Shown here: in pieces, positions 32,001 through 43,350 of the stretch
Layout: each line of letters opens with the position of its first letter
How positions within the stretch are numbered: position 1 is the first letter of the stretch
Assembly (NCBI GenBank): GCA_963750165.1
Contig: CAVVPN010000012.1
Span: 736,001 to 800,000, forward strand
DNA length: 64,000 bases
Source of the DNA: an uncultured Gemmataceae bacterium
Lineage (GTDB): Bacteria > Planctomycetota > Planctomycetia > Gemmatales > Gemmataceae
Reading direction: 5' to 3'
Translations under genes and position numbers: made by a program
Notes under the pieces: generated by a model
The model's database searches: none
The model's input: the letters and a program-made list of their open reading frames with translations, nothing else
What the model was told of the DNA's origin: nothing

Positions 32001-32775
32001 CCTTGCCACCGGAGCCGCCGTCGGTTTTGGGCGCTGGCCGGTCGCCGCCGCCCTTGTTCTTGCCGCCGTCCTTGCTGGCCTGCTCGTCGCCGCCGCCGCC
32101 GCCACCGCCGCCCTTGCCGCCCTTGCCCTTGGGGCCGCCCCCGCCCTTGCCGCCCATCGCGATGATGATGGCCACGACCGCCACCAGCGCAACGCCGACC
32201 CCCGCCAGGATCAGGGTCAGCTTCTTCCGGTCCATGCCGGCGGCCTTCTCCTTTTTCTTCTTTTTCTTCTTGCCCTTGCCCTTCTCCTCGTCCTCGTCGT
32301 CGTCCTTACCCTTGTCCTTGCTCTTACCCTTACCCTTGTCCTTGCCCTTCGGCTTCTCCTCTTCTTCCTCTTCTTCCTCCTCGTCTTCGTCCTCGTCCTT
32401 AACGCGCTTCGCGGGCGCCTTGGCCTTGCCGTTGGTCCTGGCCTTGTCCTTGCCCCTGGCCGGGGCCTCGTCCTCTTCCTCGTCGAGGTCCACGTCCTCC
32501 AGCTCTTCGTCCTCGTCGCTGACTTTTTTCTTGCCGGCCTTCACCTGGTAGTTGGCGGCGCAGATGCGCTCGTCCGCGGACGCCTTGCCCTTGTCCTTGG
32601 GAGTTTTGCCGCCGACCTCGCTTTTGGCCTTCTTGTCCTTGCTGGCCGGTTCCTCGACGACGAACTTGTACTTGCACTTGGGGCACTCGGTTTTCTTGCC
32701 GATCAGTGCCGCATCCTTGATCGGCACGAGCGCTTCACAGCTGGGACAGGGTTGCTTGAATGGGGTGGTCGCCAT
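29029..32775 (-). CDS. Large membrane-anchored protein: Zn ribbon, charged low-complexity linker, TM, extracytoplasmic region with DUF1559-like domain
   Basis: CPSC..CPKC; poly-E/poly-K tracts; TM LILAGVGVALVAVVAIIIAM; SWMAELLPYLG, GLSNTILM, LMADSSVRYV. Confidence 0.75.
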   Translation of the reverse strand: MATTPFKQPCPSCEALVPIKDAALIGKKTECPKCKYKFVVEEPASKDKKAKSEVGGKTPKDKGKASADERICAANYQVKAGKKKVSDEDEELEDVDLDEEEDEAPARGKDKARTNGKAKAPAKRVKDEDEDEEEEEEEEEKPKGKDKGKGKSKDKGKDDDEDEEKGKGKKKKKKKEKAAGMDRKKLTLILAGVGVALVAVVAIIIAMGGKGGGGPKGKGGKGGGGGGGGDEQASKDGGKNKGGGDRPAPKTDGGSGGKGDNIRLTNLLPADTQSVQHVFFKRYLNSPQGEAATDAGILSDPEYLAKVGFKMSAVDELIRAENFSGEWTFTVLHTTDALDDLAPLVKAMDLNKTPVIVGGKQLLTYTVQRNGAYVDGLSRLALGVPAYLRNTPANPSLAAREQPLQLYRYDRHTLVFAPKAVMQQFLHTKDKIPTKKTEVKKEEVKDKDKDKASTGSEQPPGPGKGKDKGRPGADKGKGPGKGKAPPGPSDGGEAKDGEKKEEPKTQVIEIEVPYGKLSAKLRDMLERLKGSGEQAGQPIVLSAVDMDAARALLAKQGTVQGRVQWQLRLLWDLGDVLGESGRVVNVLGTAVRQRDDDDKKVLVYVNDLDCSSDKTARALFETLNKKRAPEVAELYGKLLRGHKIAVPEELIEKKEDEKSPGTTNPNGPGPGPGPGKGRRPPPGNQPPGTGDKDKEKPKKEEPRSRILVTENGHAVEFTLELWLSEVETRKQFAPLWSVLLYGLKTDMALAEAVDRFRMLEAAKKGPDEINIVYGLAAAGKRLGENDLKVGVIKDRLTKQVLKVGSGEPGKFPPGSLRRLDGPRYGREPRYRISWMAELLPYLGWHELHAQIDFKQSWKDPSNWLAAQTLVPEFIDPSYPVRSRYVRPPGMPLGTAATHFVGLAGIGPDAAEAAWGDPATVLLEDKLGVFGNDRMTPLKLIRDNRGLSNTILMVRVPYEGVPGATPWIAGGGSTVRNVPEKNSLEPFLSSEGGGKGTYMLMADSSVRYVKAETDPAKRAKQDELFRRLATVKDKLPEGLDINELTKVVPPPKGGVSVAPPPPVKKEKEKKEPEKKELEKKEPAEVKAPKGWITFTEETQGFSVLVPVKPEQTVNDQTKETLNKAGLGIAKSPIHFPASTGGLNPSYNVEVVSLPPEKAKLKPDAVFNLVESGYNQMFKRLNVEMKVGATKSSNPPGREWELGDGKSTLIFLRAYLVNDRLYILSVSGSRSTHPSPETRAFFNSFKTLSR

Positions 32776-32904
32776 GTAGGGGTCTCCGTCACGACGGCGG
32801 CAGCAGGTCGTTGGCAAAGCGAAGAAAGTGTACAGGGTGTATCATAAACGTCTGTCGTGGCGGGATGCAAAGGACAAACGCGAAAAATGTCCCGCCCGCC
32901 CGCG

Positions 32905-34527
32905 TCACTGGTCGTACCGGTAGAAGTACAGGCGCAATTTCGGGCGGTCCTTCTTCGCCTTCTGGTACACCTCACGGGTCACCTGGGTGCCGTCCACGTT
33001 CAGCGATTGCAGTTGCGGCAGCGCGATCAACTCGCGGAAGCCCTTGTCGCCCAGCTTCGTGTTGTTGAGCGCCAGCGTCTCCAGCTTCGGCAGCGACTTG
33101 ACGAGCTTCACCGCGTCATCGTTGAAGCTCGTCCCCATCAGCGTCAGTTCCTTCAACTGGGGCAGGTGGGCGAGGTGCTTGAGCCAGTCCGGCTGCAACT
33201 TCGTGTCGGACAGCCACAGTTCTTCCAAACTGTTCATCTTGCCGAGCGCCTTGAAGGCGTCCTCGGTCAGGTCGCAGCGCTGCAGCGATACGTGCTTGAT
33301 CGGCAGCCCGGTCAGCGTCTCCAGGCCAGGGCCGGCCACCTTCGTCTCGTCCAGGGCCAGGTATTTCAGCTTCTTGAACGCCGCGAGTTGTTTGAGCGTG
33401 GCGTCGCTCACGCCGGTGCGGGTCAGGAACAGGTCCGTGGCGTTGGTGCAGTTCAGGACCGCTTGCATGCCCTTGTCGGTCACCTTGCTGTCGCTCAGAT
33501 CGATAAACTGAACCTGCGCGGCGGTGGCCGGCCGTTTGTCCCGCTCCTTCGTCCCGGGCGGCGACGGCCCGTACAGCCAGCCCTTCGCCACCAGCGCTTC
33601 GAGCAGGCCGTCGTCGAGCAGCTTTTTGTTGAACTCGAACTTCGCCGGCAGCCGCGCGTCCACGACGGCCTTGATGCCGGCCGCCGTCACCTTCTGTTCG
33701 CCGTAGCCGGTGCCGAGCTTCAACTCGTTCAGGCGCGGCAATTTGGCGAGGTGCTTCACCCCCTCGTCGGTGAGGCCGTCCACCATCTCCAGCTTGACCG
33801 TCTCCAGCGTCTTCGAGCCGACGAACGCCGCGAACGCCGAGCCGTCCATCGTCAGGCCCATGAGGTAGAGCCCTTGCAGCTTTGGCAGCGTCGCCAGCTC
33901 CTTGACGCCAGCGTCCGTGACCTTTTTCGTGAACATCAGGCTGACCGTGTCGAGGTTGCGGCAGCGGGCCAGTTCCTTGATGCCGGCGTCCGTCACGTCG
34001 TCACCCTTGACGAGGATCATTTCCAGGGTGGGGATGCCAGCGAGAGTCTTCAGGCCCTCGTCGGTGAGTTTCACCCAGCGCAGGTCGATGAACTGCAACG
34101 TTTTCGATTTGGCGATGGTCTTGTATTCTTCGGGGGTGAGGGGGAAGTCCTGGAATTGTTTTGTCTTGTTTTCGATGAGCAGGGAGACGAGCGGCCGGTA
34201 GTCCGTAATGCGGACGTCGGTGAGCATCATCCAGCCCTTCGCTTTCACCAGGGCCACGACCTCCGGGTCCTCATTTTTGGGGATGCCGCGGATCTTCTCC
34301 CAGGGGCTGCGCTCGTTGCCGACCTGGTTGACGTTCTCGTCCTTCGGGCCGCCCTGTTTCACGTTGGGGTCGCCCCGCTTCACGTCACGGTTGGGCCGTT
34401 TCACGTTGGGGTCGCTCTTCTTCACCTCGGGGCTCGGGTCGTCGTTCTTCTGGCAACCGACGCCAAGGGCCACGGACAGGCCGAACAGCAATGTCACCGA
34501 CAGCACACGGGGGGAGAGCCGATTCAT
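32905..34527 (-). CDS. Leucine-rich repeat lipoprotein
   Basis: Lipobox LGVGC; repeated VTDAG.KELA.L..L..L.L units. Confidence 0.9.
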   Translation of the reverse strand: MNRLSPRVLSVTLLFGLSVALGVGCQKNDDPSPEVKKSDPNVKRPNRDVKRGDPNVKQGGPKDENVNQVGNERSPWEKIRGIPKNEDPEVVALVKAKGWMMLTDVRITDYRPLVSLLIENKTKQFQDFPLTPEEYKTIAKSKTLQFIDLRWVKLTDEGLKTLAGIPTLEMILVKGDDVTDAGIKELARCRNLDTVSLMFTKKVTDAGVKELATLPKLQGLYLMGLTMDGSAFAAFVGSKTLETVKLEMVDGLTDEGVKHLAKLPRLNELKLGTGYGEQKVTAAGIKAVVDARLPAKFEFNKKLLDDGLLEALVAKGWLYGPSPPGTKERDKRPATAAQVQFIDLSDSKVTDKGMQAVLNCTNATDLFLTRTGVSDATLKQLAAFKKLKYLALDETKVAGPGLETLTGLPIKHVSLQRCDLTEDAFKALGKMNSLEELWLSDTKLQPDWLKHLAHLPQLKELTLMGTSFNDDAVKLVKSLPKLETLALNNTKLGDKGFRELIALPQLQSLNVDGTQVTREVYQKAKKDRPKLRLYFYRYDQ

Positions 34528-34558
34528 GATGCGATGCTCCTTCTGGGATACCTGATGT

Positions 34559-35746
34559 TCAGGCTGTTTTATGATTCCCGTTAAGCAACGGCACCGTCCG
34601 CTGCGTCACGCGCCGCAGTGCCGCGGCGTCCACCTCCACGCCCAGGCCCGGCCCCGGCAGCGCCGCTGCCCAGCCACCGCGGCCGAACGTCAGGTCGCGC
34701 TCGCCCAGCGCCTCGCGCACCAGGTGGCGGTCGTAAGAGCCTTCCAGGTAACGCAGGTGGGCGACGCTCGCGGCGAAGTGCCGGCCGGCCGCGGACAGCA
34801 GTGCCGTTTCGCCGACCTGGCAGCCGAGCTGATAGCCGAGACCGTGCCGCTTCGCCAGCTGCGCCAGCCGCAGCGTGGGCACGAAACCGCCGCACTTCGA
34901 CAGCCGCAGGTTGAACAGGTCGCAGGTGCCGTCCTCGACCGCCCGCCGCGCATCCGCTGCGCCGCACAGCGACTCGTCCAGCATCAGCGGCACACCGAGT
35001 TGCTTGCGCACCGCCGCCAGCGCCGCCACCTGCTCGTGCGGCACCGGCTGCTCCACCGCGCTGACGCCGAACGGCAGCAGTTCCGTGACGCGCTGCACGA
35101 GGTTGTCCGGCGTCCACGCCTCGTTGGCGTCGATGCGGATGTCGATCTTGCGGCCGAGACGACGGCGAATGACGCGGAGTCGCTTTACATCATCGTGGCC
35201 CGCGACGCCGACCTTCACCTTCACCTGCCGAAAACCGTAGGCCCACATCAGCCAGGACGACAACCGCAGCTTGAAGCCGCCGCGCGCCGTGACGGCACCG
35301 CTGTACTGCACGCGCGGCCGCGGCTCGTACAGGTCCGGCGCCAGCAGCCGCGTCACCGCCGACAGCGGCGCGCCGAAGTGTTTGCCGTAGGCGTCCAGCA
35401 GGGCCAGCTCGACGGCGCAGCGGGCACCGTTGCCCTGACAGCCGCGGTCGTCGCCGGGGATGGGCCGCAGTTGCAGTCGCTCCGCCAGCGCCGCCGCCGT
35501 GGCGAAATCGCGGCACGGCTCCAGCTGCGCCGCCAGATCGCTGCCCTGCAGCAGCGCCAGCGCCGAATCAATGGTTTCGCCGGTGACGTACTCGCGCGGC
35601 ACCCCTTCGCCGTGGCCGACGACGCCGTTCTCCAGCACGCAGCGCACTAACACGTTGTCGGTGCTGGTGCGCGTGTAGGAGGCGTGGCGGAACGGCTTTC
35701 GCAAGGGGATGCGCACATGGGTGGCGCTCAACTCGACGACGCGCAT
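34559..35746 (-). CDS. Enolase-superfamily MLE subgroup enzyme (dipeptide epimerase / muconate cycloisomerase-like)
   Basis: [33 protein letters not shown]. Confidence 0.85.
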   Translation of the reverse strand: MRVVELSATHVRIPLRKPFRHASYTRTSTDNVLVRCVLENGVVGHGEGVPREYVTGETIDSALALLQGSDLAAQLEPCRDFATAAALAERLQLRPIPGDDRGCQGNGARCAVELALLDAYGKHFGAPLSAVTRLLAPDLYEPRPRVQYSGAVTARGGFKLRLSSWLMWAYGFRQVKVKVGVAGHDDVKRLRVIRRRLGRKIDIRIDANEAWTPDNLVQRVTELLPFGVSAVEQPVPHEQVAALAAVRKQLGVPLMLDESLCGAADARRAVEDGTCDLFNLRLSKCGGFVPTLRLAQLAKRHGLGYQLGCQVGETALLSAAGRHFAASVAHLRYLEGSYDRHLVREALGERDLTFGRGGWAAALPGPGLGVEVDAAALRRVTQRTVPLLNGNHKTA

Positions 35747-35904
35747 GGAGAGGATCCTCTGCGTTTCGCATCAACCACACCCTCACCGTACAGACCCACC
35801 CCAGCAGGGCAACCCTGCAACGCCAACGTCTATCCGACCGCTCAGGCCGCCGTATAATCTCCCCAGCCCCTCCCCGGGCGTCCCCGTTTCTCCCGAGCAC
35901 TGTC

Positions 35905-37210
<1,306 letters not shown>

Positions 37211-37214
<4 letters not shown>

Positions 37215-38869
37215 ACCGCGAAGTGTCCCCGCCGCCCGAGGCTGCCACCGTTTCCCCGGAGGCGGTGCCCCCCGAGTTCCCACCCACACTTCCCACCGGC
37301 TCGGCGACGCCCTGGACCTGGCGGGCGGCCATCGCCGCGGGCGTCGCGCTGCTGGCGTGGCTGGCGTTCCAGTTGCAGGATGCCCTTGGCAGTAGCGGCC
37401 AGGCGGCGCTGGGCATCGTCTGCTTCTTCGGCGTCGCGGCGTTCTTCTCGGCGGACCTGCGCCGCGTCAACTGGCGGCTGGTCGGCGTCGGCGCCACCCT
37501 GCAGGTCCTCCTGGTGCTGTCCATCCGCCTGGAGATTCATGGCCTCGGCTGGCTCGGGCTGCCGGACCGCTTCCTGCCGGGCTACGAGTTTTTCGAGGCC
37601 ATCACGGGGGTGGTGCGGCAGTTCGTCGGCTTCGCGATGGAGGGCGCCCGCTTCGTTTTCGGGACGCTGCCGAACCAGGCGATCTTCGCCTTTTCGGTGT
37701 TGCCGGTCATCATCTTTTTCGCGTCGTTCTTCAGCGTCCTGTACTACTTTGGTGTCTTGCAGTTCGTGGTGCGGCAGATGGCTCGCGTCATGATGCGGCT
37801 GATGGGCACCAGCGGCGCCGAGACGCTGTCTGTGACCGCCAACGTCTTCATGGGCCAGACCGAGGCGCCGTTGACCATCAAGCCGTACCTGCCGCGCATG
37901 ACGCAGTCAGAACTGCTGACGGTCATGGTCGGCGGCATGGCGCACATCTCCGGCGGCCTGATGGCGGTCTACATGGAGATGGGCGCCGACGCCGTCGCCA
38001 TCCTGGCCACCAGCGTCATGGCGGCGCCGTGCAGTTTGTACCTGAGCAAGGTGGTGCTGCCCGAGACCGGCCGCCCGGAAACCAGCGGCCGCATGAAAGT
38101 CAGTGACGAAAAGCTGCACCGCAACGTCATCGACGCGGCCTCGGCGGGCGCCTCCGACGGCATGCTGCTGGCCATCAACGTCGCGGCCATGCTGATCGCG
38201 TTTCTGGCGTTCCTGGCGATGGCCAATTACCTGCTGGGCCGGGTGGCGTCGGGCCAGTCGCTGTTCACGACGCTGCAGCAGGGCGGGGCCGGTAACGCGG
38301 TGCTGTCGCTGGCGGTGCTGGTGGCGCTGTTCGCGCTGCTGCTGTACGCCGGGCGGCGCTGGTGGCCGGCCCTGTTCTACCGCGACAACCTGCCGGTCTG
38401 GCTGCTCAAGGGCGGCCTGGTCGTGGTGGCGTTCGTCATCTTCGTCGGCGTGACGGACGTGGTGCTGCAAAACCTGGCGCCGGACCTGAAGCTCAAGACG
38501 ATCTTCTCGGCGGTGTTCGCGCCGGCGGCGGTGCTGATGGGCGTGGAGGGCAAGGACGTGCCGATCGTGGCGGACCTGCTCGGCATCAAGCTGGCGGCCA
38601 ACGAGTTTGTCGCGTTCGTGGAGCTGAAGCAGTACAATGCGAAAGGCGCCATCAGCGCGCGCGGCCTGGAGCTAGCGACGTACGCGCTGACCGGCTTCGC
38701 CAACTTCGCGTCGATCGGCATTCAACTGGGCGGCATCGGCGGCATGGCGCCGAACCGCCGGTCGGACCTGGCGCGGCTCGGGGCGACGGCGCTGCTGGTC
38801 GGCTTTTTGGTGACGCTGCTCAACGCCTCCGTCGCGGCGCTGCTGCCGCGCTGGGTCATCGGGTTGTGA
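37211..38869 (+). CDS. nupC: NupC/CNT family nucleoside transporter
   Basis: FAFSVLPVIIFF, GAETLS..ANVFMGQTEAP, NEFVA, LTGFANFASIGIQLGG; ATGA overlap with pdp. Confidence 0.9.
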
Positions 38870-38931
38870 ACCGTAGGACAGGCGGCCCGCCTGTCCGGCG
38901 ACTGGACAGGCGGGCCGCCTGTCCTACGGTT
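38869..38931. repeat. REP-like doublet between convergent genes
   Basis: AACCGTAGGACAGGCGGCCCGCCTGTCC and its reverse complement. Confidence 0.85.
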
Positions 38932-39691
38932 TACTCTGGTCTGGTGAAGGTCTTATCGTCGAACCGCGCCGGGAAGGTGATTTGGAGCGTCTCCGCATCC
39001 AGGAACTTCTTGCCGGCCAGGTTGATGAGCAACTTCGTCGGCTGCTTGACGCCGTCGAATTCCCTGAAGTCGCTGTAAAATTCCTCCCGGACCACCGCCG
39101 CCTTGCTGACCGGATCGTTCCCCGGCGCGTCATCTTGACGAGCAGGAAGGTGTCCTTGTCGAAGTAGAGTTGCACGTCTTTCTTGCCCGGATAGGCCACA
39201 TTGATGCCCAGGGCCGGCTTGCCCTTGACGTTGCTCTCGCCCAGGCTGGTCAGCGTGAAGTTCTTGTCCTGGATCAGCGGCGTCAGCATCTGCACCAGCG
39301 CGGTGTACTGGGTGAAGCGCACCTGGGCCGCTTCCTGCTCGTCGGCCTCCTTGACCTCGCGGCTGACCGAGGTCCAGACCTTGTCACCGTTCTGCACCTG
39401 GATGACCGTGACCGGGACGCCCTTGAGGGTCAGGGTCAGGACGGTGCGGCTGCGGTCGGGCAGGTCCTGGTAGGCGTCGCTGGTGAAGGGCACTTCCCTG
39501 TCCATGATGAACGCACTGCCCTTGCCCTGCACACGCGTGCGTCTCAGCAGTTCGAGGTTCTTGGCCCCGCCGTGGGCAACGATGGCCTTGTCGATGACGG
39601 CCTTGGCGTTGCCGGCCCCCTGGCCCCAGGCGTGGACGGCCAGCCCCAGCAGCAGGGCGGCGACGGACCCGTGTGACAGCCACTTGCGCAT
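38931..39691 (-). CDS. Secreted hypothetical protein, planctomycete type (frameshift near 39120)
   Basis: Signal peptide, AKAVIDKAIVAHGG, LYFDKDTFLLVK; second frame continues EEFYSDFREFDGVKQP...FTRPE*. Confidence 0.7.
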
Positions 39692-39857
39692 GATGTCCTC
39701 CGTGGCATCAGGATGTGGTGGAACGAAACTTACTGCAGGGTAGCATAATCCACCCTCGGGGCCGCGGTCAACGGCCGTCCCTTCCCATGTCCGTGCCGCC
39801 GCCATATATCATCACCTTCTGTAAACCATCCGTGCGCCATCGACAGGGAGAAGTCGC

Positions 39858-40766
39858 GTGTCCGAACCAGGGATTGCCCCCAGCTACACCACCGCCCTGG
39901 GCCGGGCCTATCGCGCCGACGCCCTCGACCTGCTCCGCAACCTGCCCGACGACTCCGTGGCCCTGGTGCTCACGTCGCCGCCGTTCGCGCTGCGCCGCCA
40001 GAAAGCCTACGGCAATGTCACTCCCGCGGAGTACGTCGAGTGGTTCTGGCCCTTCGCGGAGGAAATTTATCGAGTGCTGCGGCCGGACGGCAGCTTCGTC
40101 TTCGACCTGGGAGGTGCCTGGAACCGCGGCAGCGGCACGCGCTCGCTGTTCCCCTATGAACTGATCCTGCGCCTGGCCCGGATTTTCCACCTGGCGCAGG
40201 AGTTTTACTGGTACAACCCGGCGCGGCTGCCGACGCCGGCGGAGTGGGTGACGATCCAGCGCACGCGCGTCAAGGACGCCGTGAACACCCTCTGGTGGCT
40301 GGCGAAAACGACGACGCCCCAGGCCGACAACCGCCGGGTGCTGCGGCCCTACAGCAAGTCCATGCACCGGTTGCTGCGCGACGGCTACGAGGCGGCGGAG
40401 CGGCCATCGCAGCACAAGATTTCACCGCACTTCCGCCGCGACAACGGCGGCGCCATCCCGCCCAACCTGCTCACCGTGTCGAACACGCGCTCGCAGGATG
40501 AATACATCCGCCGCTGCCGTGCCGCCGGTTTGCCAGTCCACCCCGCCCGCTTCCCCGCCGCGGTGCCCGAGTTCTTCATCCGCTTCCTGACGCAGAAGGG
40601 CCAACTCGTCGTCGATCCCTTCGCCGGCAGCAATGTTACCGGCTGCGTCGCCGAGGCACTGGAGCGTGCCTGGGTCAGCGTCGAGGTCAACGCCGACTAC
40701 GTGGAGGGTTCGCGGCTGCGCTTCGAGGACGCGCTGGTCCGGGTGCCAGCAGCACCCTGCTCGTAG
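39858..40766 (+). CDS. Site-specific DNA methyltransferase, beta class (N4-C likely, M.PvuII-like)
   Basis: Catalytic TSPPF precedes HPARFP and SAM-binding DPFAGS. Confidence 0.9.
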   Translation: MSEPGIAPSYTTALGRAYRADALDLLRNLPDDSVALVLTSPPFALRRQKAYGNVTPAEYVEWFWPFAEEIYRVLRPDGSFVFDLGGAWNRGSGTRSLFPYELILRLARIFHLAQEFYWYNPARLPTPAEWVTIQRTRVKDAVNTLWWLAKTTTPQADNRRVLRPYSKSMHRLLRDGYEAAERPSQHKISPHFRRDNGGAIPPNLLTVSNTRSQDEYIRRCRAAGLPVHPARFPAAVPEFFIRFLTQKGQLVVDPFAGSNVTGCVAEALERAWVSVEVNADYVEGSRLRFEDALVRVPAAPCS

Positions 40767-40774
40767 CACATTTC

Positions 40775-40832
40775 GTGGCACGGCTCTCCAGAGCCGTGTC
40801 TTCTACCCCACGGCTCTGGAGAGCCGCGCTAC
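40775..40832. repeat. REP-like doublet between convergent genes
   Basis: GTGGCACGGCTCTCCAGAGCCGTG ... CACGGCTCTGGAGAGCCGCGCTAC. Confidence 0.8.
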
Positions 40833-41499
40833 TCAGCGGCGAGAGCGCAACAGGTTGAGGTGCCGGCTGAAGCGGTCTTCCATGTAGTGATGGATGTTGA
40901 CGAGCACGCGCACATCGCCGGGGCTGACCATGCGGCCGTTGCTCAGTTCGACCTCGTTGACGGCAATGATGCGCTCCAGTTCGAGCAGCTCTTTCTCAAA
41001 CGCGGCGAAGCGTTCGTCGAGGGATTCATTGCGCATGTTCTCCGTGACGTTCCAGAAGCGGCAGGCGTCGGCGAACGTCAGTTCGTTCTTGCGCCGCTCC
41101 TCGAACTTCTGCGCCGCGGTGCTGTCGAGCAAGGTGATGAGGTGCCGTTCCAGGTCCGGCCGCAGCCGTACGGTCGGCGCCACCTCGGGCTCGGTTTCTT
41201 GCTGCAGGAGCTTGCGCACGGCGTACTTGCCCTCGCGCGTCAGGGCGTAGAGCTTCTGGCCCATCTTGATGAGCCAGCCTTTGCGCCAGGCCCTTCTCGC
41301 CCATAATGCTGCTGAGGATCTTGTTGGAATCGGGGTACTGGTCGGCGTAGCCCTTCAGACCGAAGGCCCGCGGGAACTGCTGCCACGAGGCGACGATCAG
41401 CGCCTCGGCGCTGAACGGCGACTGGCCCTGCTGGTCGAGCTGGTGGGCGGCGAGGAGGATTTTTTCGGGTACGGTCAATTCGACGATGTTGCTAATCAC
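40833..41499 (-). CDS. Hypothetical protein with possible winged-helix N-terminus (frameshift near 41283)
   Basis: LTVPEKILLAA...FGLKGY..YPDSN..GEKGL joins GWLIKMGQKLYALTREG of ORF 40833..41264. Confidence 0.65.
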
Positions 41500-41730
41500 G
41501 GCTTTCCCCCGGACAGTCAGGCACGCGAGACGGAACACCCCTTACTGGAGATTGTGCCGTCCGCGGCGCCGCCCGGTCAAAGGCAATCGTGGGTTTGTGG
41601 GCCGAGAAGTCGGCGCCGGTGCCGCGCCAGCCGACAGGACCGTTGCGTTCGGCACGGCCGTTTGCAAACCCACCCCCAGCGCGGTATCGTAACCGCATCT
41701 TCCCTTGTGGTCCCCACCTGGAGAGCGCGC

Positions 41731-43294
41731 ATGCCTGCCACCCCCCTGTCGCAAGTCGCCGTCCACTTGCGGCCCAACGATAACGTCGCCATCGCCGCCC
41801 GCCACCTGCAACCCGGCCTCGAAATCACCGCCGACGGTCGCACCCTCCGCCTCGCCGGCCGCGTCGGCCTCGGCCACAAGTTCGCGCTGCGTGACATCCG
41901 CAAGGGCGAAGCCATTCTCAAGTACGGCCAGATCATCGGCTTCGCCAACCAGGACGTCCCCGCCGGCACGCACGTTCATGTCCACAACGTTGCCGCCGAC
42001 GCCTTCGAGCGCGACTACGCCTTTTGCAGCGAATGTCCGCCGCCCCTGCCGCCGCCCCCCGAACAGCGTTACTTCCTGGGCTACGACCGCGGTGACGGCC
42101 GGTACGGCACACGCAATTACATCGCCATCATCAGCACCGTGAACTGCTCCGCGAGCACGAGCAAGTACGTCTCCGAGAAATTCCGCTCCACCGACCTGCT
42201 GAAGCAGTTCCCGAACGTCGATGGCGTGGTGGCGATCACGCACAAGGCCGGCTGCGCCATGCAGTACGACGGGCCAGACCACCGCCAACTCGACCGCACG
42301 CTCGCCGGCTTCGCGCGGCACGCCAACGTGGCGGCGTACATCCTCATCGGCCTCGGCTGCGAAACCGGCCAGGCGACGCATCTGATCGAGGGCGAACACC
42401 TGATCCAGCTCAATGGCATCACGGGCGCCGCGAAGAAGAAGCCGCTGGTCATCAGCATTCAGGAGTGCGGCGGCATCGGCAAGACCGTGGATGCCGGCGT
42501 GCGGGCCATCGCCGAGCTGCTGCCGCAGGTCAACGACTGGCAGCGCACGAAGATTTCCGCGGACAAGATCATTTTGGGCACCAACTGCGGCGGCTCCGAC
42601 GGCAACAGCGGCGTCACCGCCAACCCGGCGCTCGGTGTCGCGTCGGACCTGCTGGTGCAGCAGGGCGGCACCAGTATCATCGGTGAGACATCCGAGATTT
42701 ACGGGGCCGAGCATCTGCTGACGCGGCGGGCCGTCAACCGGGCGGTCGGCGAGAAGCTGGTCGAGCGTATCAAGTGGTGGGAGTGGTACACGGGCGTCTT
42801 CGGGCGCGGAGATCAACAACAATCCGTCGCCGGGCAACAAGGAAGGCGGCCTGACAACCATTTACGAGAAGTCGCTGGGGGCCATCGCCAAGGGCGGCAG
42901 CACGGCGCTGGTGGACGTGGTGCATTACGCGGAGCCGGTGCGGGCGAAGGGCTTCGTCGTCATGGACACGCCGGGCTACGACCCCGTGAGCATGACGGGC
43001 ATTGTCGCGGGCGGGGCCAACGTGCTGGTGTTCACGACGGGCCGCGGTTCGGTGTTCGGCTGCAAGCCGGCGCCGTCGATCAAGGTGGCGACCAACACGC
43101 CAATGTTCAACCACATGATCGACGACATGGACATCAACGCCGGCGTCATCCTCGATGGCGTGCCGGTCGCGGAAGTGGGCCGGCAGATTTTCGAGGAGAT
43201 TCTGGCGGTCGCCAGCGGCAAGAAGACCAGGAGTGAGCTGAACGGCGTCGGCGAGGAGGAGTTCGCGCCGTGGAGCATTGGGCCGACGTTGTGA
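41731..43294 (+). CDS. uxaA: Altronate/galactarate dehydratase (UxaA/GarD family; frameshift near 42805)
   Basis: SAF domain (DNVAIA, GHKFAL, HVHVHN), GTRNY, CGGSDG.SG.TANP, then NPSPGNKEGGLTTI.EKSLG, FTTGRG. Confidence 0.9.
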
Positions 43295-43308
43295 GTACCT
43301 CTTTCTCC

Positions 43309-43350
43309 GCTCACCCCCGACCCCTCTCCCCCTGAAGGGAGCGAGGGGAG
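43309..43350. repeat. Planctomycete-type palindromic repeat overlapping the kinase gene end
   Basis: CTCACCCCCGACCCCTCTCCCCCTGAAGGGAGCGAGGGG. Confidence 0.55.

Noticed and set aside
41650..41666. Sigma54-like GGCACGGCCGTTTGC upstream of uxaA
   Set aside because: GG to GC spacing is one base too long
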